From Spiroplasma endosymbiont of Antitype chi (GTDB lineage Bacteria; Bacillota_I; Bacilli_A; Mycoplasmatales; Mycoplasmataceae), in contig OZ026467.1 of assembly GCA_964019725.1 (NCBI GenBank), positions 2,100,347-2,132,346 on the forward strand: a stretch of 32,000 nt of DNA. The letters run 5' to 3'. Below are positions 19,323 to 28,615 of the stretch, piece by piece (position 1 is the stretch's first letter; the number at the start of each line of letters is the position of its first letter). The notes under the pieces are model-generated. The model made no database searches. It had not been told where the DNA came from and saw only the letters and a list, made by a program, of their open reading frames with translations. A program made the position numbers and the translations under genes.

Positions 19323-22283
19323 TTATGATAACGTAATTAATTCTGGTGATTCTAATATTTCTTTTAATCGTGTTAAGAAAATCCCTGCTTCTGCAGCATC
19401 AATAATTCTTTGGTCAATTGTTAAAGCAAGATTCATTATTGAACGAATTACTAGTTTATCACCTTTTATGACAATTGGTTTACGAACAATACGTCCAACA
19501 CCAATTACTGCCGAATTAGGATAAAAAATTGTTGGTGTTGCATTAACTGCTCCAATCATCCCATAGTTTGCAATAGTAATGGTGCTTCCTTTTAATTCAT
19601 AATCATATAATTCACCTTGACGCAAACGTTCAATTGTTTCTTGAATGTTAATTGCAATTTGTTTTAAACTCATTCGCTCAGCAAATTTAATAACTGGAAT
19701 AACTAATCCTTCACTAGTTTCTGTTGCTAACCCAATGTGTTGTGAATTTTTAATTACAATTTGATTTGTTTTTGAATCATAATATGAATTTAATTTTGGA
19801 TATTCACTTAAAGCTAACGAAACTACTTTTACTAAAAAACTCATTGTTGAAAATCGAACACCATGGTCAATATTAGCATTTTTAAATTTTCGTTGTTGAT
19901 CAATAATTGATGACATATCAATTTCAGTATTAATTGTTAATGGCGGTACATGTGCTTGAGACATAATCATTGATTGAATCGCGGGATATCTTGTTGATTT
20001 AATTTCTTCTCTTGTTTCTAATCCTTGTGGCTCAATTTGACTATTGGTATTAATAATATTTAAATTGTTATTTAATGGTTGTACCAAGTTTCCATAAGTA
20101 TTAGGAATTTTATTTTCTGCAGAATTAAATTTTTTAACTTGTAAATTATGTGTTTCACAATTATGTTCAGTTCTTAATTCGGGTCCTTGTTTATTATTAA
20201 ATTTAAATTCTTTTAACATCTCTTTTAAAACGGGATCTGATTCGTTCATTGTTTTTAACATTTGTTGCATTAACATATATTGCATCATTTTTTCGATATT
20301 CGTTCCATCTGTATTATTATTATTTACTTGACGCAAACTTTGAATTTCTCGCAATAATTCATTTTGACGATTATTTTGTTCTTGATTAGCTAAACGATCT
20401 TTTAAAATTGCTAATTCAATCATTATATTATTATCAATTGTACCTTTTAAACTACAGTTACTTTCATCACTGTTTTCAAGTTGAGTTAATTGCTTAGATG
20501 ATTCTTGTTTTTCATATGATAAAGATGGTTCAACTACTATATCATCATTTGTTTTTTTCTGATGCGAATTATTATCATAATATTCATTATTTAATATTTT
20601 ATATTGTGATTCAACTTCCTCAAAAGAAGGGCGCTGATAATTACTAATTCCTCCCAAAACAGAATCAACTTCAACATTCCCTTTTGCAATTTGTTCCATT
20701 CTTTTCTTAATTAACTCTCGTTGATTTCTTGTTTTTAAAATTTTTTCTCGTTGCCTATTATCATTTAATTTTTCATATAAACGATCACGATAAGATTTTA
20801 ATGGAGAAAAATATCCTTGTTTTTTTTCTTTCGATTCATTTGACTCATTCGGATCAATTGTGTAACCATCAGCAGAAATATAAGCTTCGTCAGATAATTT
20901 TTTGTCATTTGTTTTAAAAACATTAACGTTGTCATTATAATTAGAAGAAGAACTACTATAACCAGTTTGTACTTCTGATGATACATTTCTTTTAATTAAA
21001 TCATTCATTCTTCCTTGGACAATATTACGTAAAATTTTAGGACGTCCATCTTTATCTAAAAAATCCATTGAATTTTTGGAATTATCACTTTCTAATGATA
21101 AATAATGAAAATCATTATTATTATGCAATTGCTCACGACGTTGATTTACAATATTACGAAAACTAATATTTTCATTTTGACTACCAAAAAATGCTGCCGC
21201 ATTAATTGGTGCTTCATATTGATGCTTTGTTGTATTAACTAAATATTTTGCATATTCTTTTGCTTGATTTTCTTCTTTTAATTTTGTTTTTCCAATTGGA
21301 ATAGTATTAGTTATAATATTTTGGTTGGGAATAGACGGCGGTTTATTCAAGCTATTTTTTTGTGATTCAAAGTTACCTTCTTGAAAAATATTACTATTCA
21401 AATTAGGAATATTAACCATTGTTGTCTTTGCCTCACTTTTTATTTCTTTATTCATTGGGTTTTTTATTGTATCAATTGAAGGAATTTTTTTTCGATTATT
21501 AATAATATCATTATCATCAATTTTTAAATTTTTAAATGATAATCTTCGTGTTTTCTTGGGACCAAAAGATAACGCTGTTTCATCCCGTCGTTTGTTTTCT
21601 TCTTGTTTTATTTTAGTGGATTGTTCAAAAATTTTTTTTTGTGATGATAGATTGATTTGTTGCTGAAAATTAATGGATTGATTTTGTTCAATATTTGTTG
21701 AAAAATAAGAACTATTATTAATAATATTATCTTCAGAAAAGGGAGTCACACCATTTTGGTTAAAATTTTGTGATAATATCGAATCATCATATGGCTGTTG
21801 TTCATTAATTAATGCAGCCCTTGAATTAATAATGTTTTCATTATTGTAAACTTGTTGTTGATTCAATCAAGGCGGCGCAAAAGTTGGATGTAAAGTATTT
21901 TTGTTTCCAATACTAATTCCTGAATAATCATCTTCTTCAACGTCATTTCATTTTGTTCCAAATTGACCATTTTTTGTTGTCGAAAATTTTACACCTTTTT
22001 TATTTAAACGAGTAAATTCGTTATCTTCAAGACGTTTAAAATAATACTTTTCAATTTCGTTTTCAGTTGTTAACAAATTAGCAATAACAGCATTGGGTTT
22101 AATTTTGGTACCTTCTTTAATTGGCTTAACAATAATTCCGTCCATTGGGGCTATAATAATAGATTCGCTATTTTCAGTTTCAATTAAAGCAATTTTATCA
22201 CCTAATTTAACTTCTTCATTCTGATACAAGAATTTTTTTAAAATTCCTTTTTTTTCTAATGTTATTAATCTAATTTTTTTCAT
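19323..22283 (-). CDS. E2 (2-oxoacid dehydrogenase acyltransferase)-like protein, 986 aa: lipoyl-like domain without Lys, ~600-aa low-complexity insert, E2 core domain with DQR instead of DHR
   Basis: Track ORFs 21948-22283 and 19323-21866 are in one frame, joined by TGA at 21948-21950 and 21867-21869. The N-terminus reads ...VKLGDKIALIETENSESIIIAPMDGIIVKPIKEGTKIKPNAVIANL (lipoyl fold). The C-terminus reads ...GLVIPVIKFAERMSLKQIAINIQETIERLRQGEL...GSTITIANYGMIGAVNATPTIFYPNSAVIGVGRI...MNLALTIDQRIIDAAEAGIFLTRLKEILESPELI (E2 catalytic core). There are no TAA/TAG codons in 986 codons. Confidence 0.85.
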
Positions 22284-22529
22284 TGTTTCTTATTACCCTA
22301 TTCAAAAAAAATTAATATGTTTTATTAAATTTATTTTAGCTACTTTTATACCGATTTTATTACAAATTAATTATATCATATATTCAATATTTTTTATTAT
22401 TAAAATTAAAAATAATATTATACACAAAAAATAAAAAAATGCAAAATTTTTAAATTTATTTCACATTTATTTTTATCCTTTTTAATTTATTATAAAATTA
22501 TGTAATATACTTAGTTTCTGTTAAATTTT

Positions 22530-24133
22530 TTACCCATTTTTTTGTTTTAAAATAATCAATGCTAAAATTGTTTTTAAACTGTCAAATGATCGCATAATTA
22601 ATACAATATAAATAATATCTAAATTTGAAGTAAAAATTAAAATTGCTAATAATTGCACCGGCACTAATCGTGTTAATAAAGCATCTAAAACAAAGGCATT
22701 CATCACAGCACCACCTGTTATAATAATGGCATAACTTGTTGCAACAATCATTAAACAATTATATAATAATCCATAAGCAAAAAGCATCCAATGTGCAATT
22801 ATAAATGTTTCTGGCGTATTATTTACAAACAATAATTCTGGTAAAAATAATCCTCCGGCAACTAAAATTAATCCCGCAATAATTCCAAATATAAAAGACA
22901 AAATAACTAAATGTTTACCATTATATTCTGACTCTTCTAAATTATTAGAGCCCAACCGTCTGCCAAATAAAACCGAAGTCCCTGCAGCAAATCCATGATA
23001 CAGCGATGTATATAAAGCAGCAATAATTGTTGAAAAAATCGCATTTGCTTTTAAAGCATCTAAACTATAGTATGTTCGTAATTTAACTTGCACCACCATT
23101 CCGACTGATCAAAAAATTTCATTTAAAACAATTGGTCAAGCTTTTTGAAATGCTCGTTTTGTAACATAACCATCAAAGTGCCATCAATTTCGAGGAATAA
23201 ATTTATAAAGTTTATATTAAAACAAAAATATTATAAAAATAAGTTGAAAAATACGTGAAGCTGACGTAGCAATTGCGGCCCCTTCCCTTGTACACCAATT
23301 CCATTGAAATTTGCAATAAAATTTGGTTCAATTAAAAATTGATTCATAAAAAAAATTCGTGCTTAAAGAAATAACTGAAATTAATATTGCCAAACCCTTT
23401 CGGCCATTTTCTCGTAAAGCCGTAATAAAAGCAATGTTAATTGCTAACAACGGATATGACAAAGAAACTATTTTAAAATACTCTGTTTCTTCTAGTGTTG
23501 AAATTGAAGCTGATCTATATTGAAAATATTTAAACCAATGAATTGCTAAATATTTATCCTCATGTTTTAATTTTGAAACTATCTCAGGACGAGGAGTATA
23601 TTTTGGTGTTGTAGTAAAAATAATCATTTCATAACCACAAACATGCGATAAAATTAATACAATAAGGCAAATGATTAAACAAACATAAATTTTTAATAAT
23701 GTTACTTGTTGTAATTATTTATATTTTTCAACACCATAATATTGTGCATTAAAAACTCCAAAACCATAACAAACTCCGCTTAAAATTGCAAACATAATAA
23801 AATAAAGTCGGTTAGAGGCAGAAATTCCATTAATTGCCAATTGTACTGCTGTATAATGATAATATCCAACATAATTTTCTAAGCTCAAACTATCTCAAAC
23901 TGCTTTTACATTATAAACATTATCTGCTCCAAAAATATATTTAATCTCATTAAATAGTTCTTGATAACCGTGGACATTTTTTTGAATTAAACTTGCAAAA
24001 AATTATCAACTAAGTCTGTTGATTCCATAATAATTTCTTGTAATGTTACTAATAAAATTAGCGTTAATGCAGTCGCATATCATTTTTTTGAGGCAAAAAA
24101 TTTCGGATGTTTTTTTCTTTGTGCTTTTATCAT
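22530..24133 (-). pseudogene. MATE-family efflux transporter, one homopolymer frameshift and two in-frame TAA
   Basis: ATG 24133. It encodes a multi-helix hydrophobic protein (...GAAIATSASRIFQLIFIIF..., ...YHGFAAGTSVLFGRRLGSNNLEE..., ...ITGGAVMNAFVLDALLTR...). There is a frameshift at the A6/T6 run 23996-24001, and TAA at 23715-17 and 23217-19. Track ORFs 23328-23627 and 22530-23099 are in one frame. Confidence 0.75.
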
Positions 24134-24402
24134 TGCATACCCATTTGCATAATGAACCTAAAATATCATTGAAATATTATAATATAAAAAAATAAAAATT
24201 ATGATTTTTATTTTAAGTTATCTTTATCTTGATTTTTATTCTTATTCTTATTTACTGCTTTTTGCTTTTTGTGTTTTTTTATTGACTTAACAATTTTTTT
24301 GCCATAAACTTTCTAATTTTTTATTTTAACTATAATTTGCAACTTTATAATTTTTTTGTTTGAAAAAAATAACTAATCCAATTATAAACATTAAAATTAT
24401 TA

Positions 24403-24508
24403 TGGTAATAAGAAAGGGGTTGATGTTTGTATGTATAAAAACAAAATTCAATTCGCTTATTAATTAAGTAATACAAAAAAATGACTAATAATTAGACTTT
24501 TTAGCAAA
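24403..24508 (+). repeat. ~105-nt repeat, copy B (direct partner of 19150-19252); left edge of plectrovirus-like block
   Basis: TGGTAATAAGAAAGGGGTTGATGTTTGTATGTATAAAAACAAAATTCAATTCGCTTATTAATTAAGTAATACAAAAAAATGACTAATAATTAGACTTTTTAGCAAAATTG. Confidence 0.85.
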
Positions 24509-24611
24509 ATTGTGTAGAAACCACATACATTTTGTATTTTTGGTTTTTACTCTTTGTATAAAAATATTTATGAATTTGTTAATTTTTTAAAAATTTTAAG
24601 GGGTTGAAATT

Positions 24612-24722
24612 ATGCAAACAAAGCAATATTTTATTTTGCGGTCGTTAGTGAAAAAGTATGGTAAAGATAATGTTATTAATATTGTCAATAAGATTACAAA
24701 AGGTATTGAAATTAAAAAGTAA
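24612..24722 (+). CDS. Plectrovirus-like small ORF (36 aa, basic), intact
   Basis: RBS AAGGGG precedes ATG 24612. MQTKQYFILRSLVKKYGKDNVINIVNKITKGIEIKK, TAA 24720-24722. Confidence 0.4.
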   Translation: MQTKQYFILRSLVKKYGKDNVINIVNKITKGIEIKK

Positions 24723-24854
24723 AAGAATAAATTATTCCGCGTAATTTATTATCGGATAATTTATTCAACAATGTTTTTTAAGTGGGGCAAAGCAACAACG
24801 AGCAGAGCGAGTTTGAAAATTTCAATTTTTTAATTTATTGAAAGGAGTTATATT

Positions 24855-24995
24855 ATGCCATAATGATTAACATGAATATTTAGTATTTTGATTTTGTTAG
24901 GGATTTTTGCGTGAACTGGTTTATCAATTTATCAAAAAATTCGACAAATTCAAGGTAAAAAAAGAAAAAAAAGAACTTGAAAAAAGGGAGGATAG
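24855..24995 (+). pseudogene. Plectrovirus-like small membrane ORF with TAA at codon 3
   Basis: RBS AAAGGAG precedes ATG 24855. [45 protein letters not shown], TAG 24993-24995. Confidence 0.4.
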
Positions 24996-25001
24996 AAAAT
25001 A

Positions 25002-25280
25002 ATGAATTTTTTAACAGATGTAGTTACAAAAATCGGTTTTGTTGATGGAATGAATTCTATTTTAACTGGTTTAGGTAATGCAATGGGTAAAGTAAAAGAT
25101 ACTGTATATGTTATTTTACCGTAATTAATGACCTTTTTGGGTGATGCGTGAATTATTTTAATTCCATTTGGATTATTTATTATCATTAAGATATTAAACT
25201 TTTCCGTCATATGGTTAAAGGATTTTAAGAGTATATTACTCTATATTCAAAGTATTTTAACAAAAACTAAGGCACACTAG
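25002..25280 (+). pseudogene. Plectrovirus-like membrane ORF with in-frame TAA (possible coat-type protein)
   Basis: RBS GGGAGGA precedes ATG 25002. MNFLTDVVTKIGFVDGMNSILTGLGNAMGKVKDTVYVILP*LMTFLGDAWIILIPFGLFIIIKIL... TAA 25122-25124, TAG 25278-25280. Confidence 0.4.
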
Positions 25281-25371
25281 TTTATTTATTTTTATTAATT
25301 TATTTTATATAGCTATTATTCTAAAACTTAATAGTATTTTTTAGTATGCCAATTTTATTATTTTATATATT

Positions 25372-25508
25372 TAACATTGTTAATAACATTGTTTATTAAA
25401 CATTAAATAAACAATATATTATCATTATGTATAACATTGTTAATAATCAGTGTTTTTATCAATAAATAAGCAATATATAAACATTAAATATAACATTGTT
25501 TATTAAAC
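25372..25508. repeat. Iteron cluster with embedded 10-bp-stem hairpin (candidate phage origin/operator)
   Basis: TAACATTGTT occurs at 25372, 25384, 25432 and 25491, in two subtypes (...AATAA and ...TATTAAAC). Degenerate inverted copies lie at about 25406-25416 and 25461-25476. AAACATTAAATA is repeated at 25398 and 25479. The hairpin is ATTGTTTATT (25388-25397) / AATAAACAAT (25406-25415). Confidence 0.8.
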
Positions 25509-25534
25509 AAATAATTAGTTAGGAGTTGATAAAA

Positions 25535-25972
25535 TTGAGTAATTTTGTTAAGAAAAATCAGAATATAGCAAATTATTTTATTTCTAAGGAACTTATTGCT
25601 TTTGAAACAGATAAAGCAAGTTTTATAAATTTACCCAATCATAATCGCCATATTGGTTTTTGATTGAGTAATAAGTTTATTTATCCTAGTCAAAAACATT
25701 CTGAACAAGTAGCAATCGGTTTGATTTATGATAATTCTTATCGTATTATAAAATATGATGAAAATTTAAAACAACACGATTGAAAATTTTTAACCAGAAC
25801 AGAAATAATTGATTTATATAATCAATATAAACAAAACTATTTTACGCCCATGAATAAAGCATTATTTCAAAATGAACCTAAAAAAGTAAAAATAAATAAC
25901 AATAATAATTTAACAAATTAAAGTGATGAAAAAGTACAACAATTAATTAATGATTTAGAAAGTTTAAATTAA
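25535..25972 (+). pseudogene. Plectrovirus-like ORF (145 codons) directly downstream of iterons, one in-frame TAA
   Basis: RBS TAGGAG precedes TTG 25535. [53 protein letters not shown]... TAA at 25919-25921, then 16 open codons to TAA 25970-25972. Confidence 0.45.
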
Positions 25973-26122
25973 ATGAGTTTATATAATTATTGAGTTCAAT
26001 TTGTTAGTTATATTATTAGTTCAAATGCTCCTGAATTTTTATATGTTATATCGTTTGTATTATTTATTATTTTATTTTTTGGAATGTTTTTTAAACTTAT
26101 TCAAAAAATGTTGAGTTTTTAA
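25973..26122 (+). CDS. Plectrovirus-like small membrane ORF (49 aa), intact
   Basis: ATG 25973 abuts the previous stop. MSLYNYWVQFVSYIISSNAPEFLYVISFVLFIILFFGMFFKLIQKMLSF. Confidence 0.4.
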
Positions 26123-26124
26123 AT

Positions 26125-26323
26125 ATGCAAAATGATTGAGAAAAATTAAAAGAGTTTTTTATTCATGTCTTTTTATTTATAGATAAAAAAATGTTGAAAC
26201 TATTACAACTTGAAATTTAACTCAAAATGAATATTTAATTCTGATGGTTGGTGTTTGAATTGTAATTTTGTTTTTAACTTGGTTCTTATTATGAATGATT
26301 TTTAAAATAGTCGGATATTTTAA
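26125..26323 (+). pseudogene. Plectrovirus-like small membrane ORF, frameshifted at an A7 run
   Basis: ATG 26125 gives MQNDWEKLKEFFIHVFLFIDKK. After A7 (26185-26191) the open frame shifts: ...VETITTWNLTQNEYLILMVGVWIVILFLTWFLLWMIFKIVGYFK, TAA 26321-26323. Confidence 0.4.
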
Positions 26324-26326
26324 ATA

Positions 26327-26551
26327 ATGAAAAAGTTTGCATTTTTTCTAATAAACTTTTGTTATATTAGTGGTTCAATGGTTTTGTTTAGTTTAATTGA
26401 TTTATTACTTTGAATAATTTCATTAAATTATACTGGTTTAGTATTTTGACTATTATTTGCTTTACAATGTGTATATTTTGTTTGGTTAGTTTGAAAAAAT
26501 ATTTTTTTATCATTTAAATGTCTTTCGTTTAGTTTACTTTATTTGAGATAA
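26327..26551 (+). CDS. Plectrovirus-like membrane ORF (74 aa), intact
   Basis: ATG 26327. MKKFAFFLINFCYISGSMVLFSLIDLLLWIISLNYTGLVFWLLFALQCVYFVWLVWKNIF..., TAA 26549-26551. Confidence 0.4.
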
Positions 26552-27315
26552 TCCATTATCCGTAATTATTGGTAAATTAGGAACTGGTAAAACATTACTT
26601 TTAACTTTTTTATCACAAGTTATGAAACTTTTAACCAAGAAAATTTATAGTAATTATCCAATTGAAGATGATGAAATAAAACTTTTAACTTTTAATAATT
26701 TAGATTTTACTGATATAACTAAATTAGTACCACCTGATGATAGTTTAATTTTGTTTGATGAAAGTTTTTTATATATTAATGGAACTAGTCCCAACGAAGT
26801 TAAAAAAGTTCATGGTGGTAAAATTGTGTGGATTGTTTTAGCAAGACATTTTAAAAATAGAGCGATTTTTAACGTACAGCGCGAGGGTATGATGTGAAAT
26901 AATATTCGTCATTTAGCGAGTGGTATTATTATTCCGATTTCATTGAAAAAACCCGTTAAGTCAAAATTAGGTAATATTTTTAATCATAGTTTTGTTATGA
27001 GAATTGGTATTTTCTAAGATATTACGGATTGTGAAATTTGAAAAAAAATAAATATAACGAACGGCCAAAGGTAAACGGGAAAAACATAAGTCAGATGTTG
27101 AATTAGGAATTCAATTTTTTAAGATAATTATTCCGCCTTAATTTGCTAATAAATACGATAGTCATTGATTATCATTTGTTCGTGATTTGAAAAACGATGA
27201 GGTTGTTAATAAAAAAGAATACTTTTGAAAAGATATATCAAAATTAAACAATAAACAACGCTTAGAATTATTTGATATTGATATTTTGAAAGAAAATTTA
27301 AAAGCAAAAAGGTAA
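26541..27315 (+). pseudogene. Zot/pI-like filamentous-phage assembly ATPase, no ATG start, in-frame stops and frameshifts
   Basis: Walker A IIGKLGTGKT (26565-26594) lies near the N-terminus, followed by ...LILFDESFLY... (Walker-B-like). TAA at 27015-27017. There is a frame change around the A8 run 27041-27048 and again before ...EKHKSDVELGIQFFKIIIPP*FANKYDSHW...DIDILKENLKAKR, ending at TAA 27313-27315. The start is ATT or unclear. Confidence 0.5.
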
Positions 27316-27329
27316 AGGAAAAATAAAAA

Positions 27330-27719
27330 ATGAGTAATTTATTAATTGAAAACGTGAATAATGATAATTGAAATAAGATTTTTAGTTTTATTTTTGATAC
27401 TTTTTTATTTGTTTTTGATGTGATTTGAAATACTAAATTGCCAATGACAAATATAACTATTGCTTATTTTTTAATCTTTTTTATGGTTATTAAATTATCA
27501 ATTTATGAAATTCACGGAACATCAACTAGTTATAATGATTTAGGTTCAACAATTAAAAGTGGTGTTATCAATAGTTCTAAACTATATGGTGCTACTTTTC
27601 GGGGTTTTTTTAGTACTAAACAAGATTTACAAAAACACATTAAAGAACGAAAACAATTTAAAGTTAGTCGCAATAAACAACAGTTATCAATTTTAGCAAA
27701 ACAAGCAAAAACAAGATAA
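27330..27719 (+). CDS. Plectrovirus-like ORF (129 aa; N-terminal helix, basic tail), intact
   Basis: ATG 27330 is in frame with track ORF 27438-27719 across TGA codons. MSNLLIENVNNDNWNKIFSFIFDTFLFVFDVIWNTKLPMTNITIAYFLIFFMVIKL...KQQLSILAKQAKTR. Confidence 0.45.
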
Positions 27720-27780
27720 CAAGGATTTAAAAGAATTAATAGTACTAAAAGAATAAAAGAATAAGCGGGGAGTTGTAAAT

Positions 27781-27984
27781 ATGAAAAATAAAATTTTGAT
27801 ATTTTTAAAAAAATGATGATGTAAAACATTAATTTTTATTTTATGTAATTTTTTAGGAATTGTTTTGTTTTATTTTAATTATGATTTTGAAAAACTTAGA
27901 TTTCTTTTTAAAAGTTTTGGTGTTGTTGGACTTTTAATGTTTTTTGGATATTTCTTAATTTGAATTTGTTTAGCGTTTTTTTAA
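27781..27984 (+). CDS. Plectrovirus-like small membrane ORF (67 aa), intact
   Basis: RBS GGGGAG precedes ATG 27781. MKNKILIFLKKWWCKTLIFILCNFLGIVLFYFNYDFEKLRFLFKSFGVVGLLMFFGYFLIWICLAFF. Confidence 0.4.
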
Positions 27985-28053
27985 TTATTATTATTGAGTT
28001 TTGAAAACGGTTCAATAATGTTATTAAAAATCAAAAGAAAGGTGAAATAAGCA

Positions 28054-28303
28054 ATGATTAAGTTAGTTTTATTGGTGAGGAGGGGTAGAGGCAGCAATCG
28101 CTATATTTGGTAATGGTTTTATTACAGTTATTATTAATCAGTTGACATCAGCAAAAAATATTATTATGGATTTATATAATTCTGATACTTGATTATTATC
28201 TATTTTTGGAAAAATGGCAATTTTGTTTTCTCATCCGTTAATGTTAACAATATCAAGTTTGTATATTATTGGTTTTATTATTTCAAAAACATTATATAGT
28301 TAG
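28054..28303 (+). pseudogene. Plectrovirus-like membrane ORF, frameshifted after about 8 codons
   Basis: ATG 28054 gives MIKLVLLV, then the open frame moves: ...[77 protein letters not shown] 28301-28303. Confidence 0.4.
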
Positions 28304-28314
28304 GAGTTAAATTT

Positions 28315-28587
28315 ATGAAAGTAATGTAGAAAATAAAAAAAGAAAAGAAACAAAATGGTTTGTTTATTTTTTGATTTGATTTAATTTTATATTTTATTAT
28401 TAGTTATTTATTAGCTTTTGCGTGTATTTTAGATACAGTTTCAACGATTGGCAAATTAAAAGAAAAATATAATGGTGTAAATGGTTATATGTTTTATGGT
28501 TTATGATTTATTATATTATGAGATATTTTAATAATTCATTATTTTTATGGTTATTTATTTAATGAAATTATCAAATTAATAAAATAA
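28315..28587 (+). pseudogene. Plectrovirus-like membrane ORF with TAG at codon 5
   Basis: RBS TAGGAG precedes ATG 28315. MKVM*KIKKEKKQNGLFIFWFDLILYFIISYLLAFACILDTVSTIGKLKEKYNG..., TAA 28585-28587. Confidence 0.4.
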
Positions 28588-28615
28588 AATCTTAAAAATA
28601 AGTTGGTAGAGAATA

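Noticed and set aside
19323-21866. Annotating the 847-aa track ORF as a standard pyruvate dehydrogenase E2 (pdhC)
   Set aside because: The true ORF extends to 22283 across two TGA codons. The lipoyl Lys is Asn and DHR is DQR. There is no E3/E1-binding domain and there are no neighbouring pdh genes. It is therefore called E2-like only.
24150-24400. Small Lys-rich minus-strand ORF (…KIVKSIKKHKKQKAVNKNKNKNQDKDNLK) whose ATG is out of frame at an A7 run
   Set aside because: It is very short and low-complexity, with no RBS or homology signal. It cannot be distinguished from chance in poly-A-rich DNA.
25372-25508. CRISPR-like array
   Set aside because: The repeats are 10-18 nt, partly overlapping and in both orientations, with no regular spacers and no cas genes. 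They are better explained as iterons.
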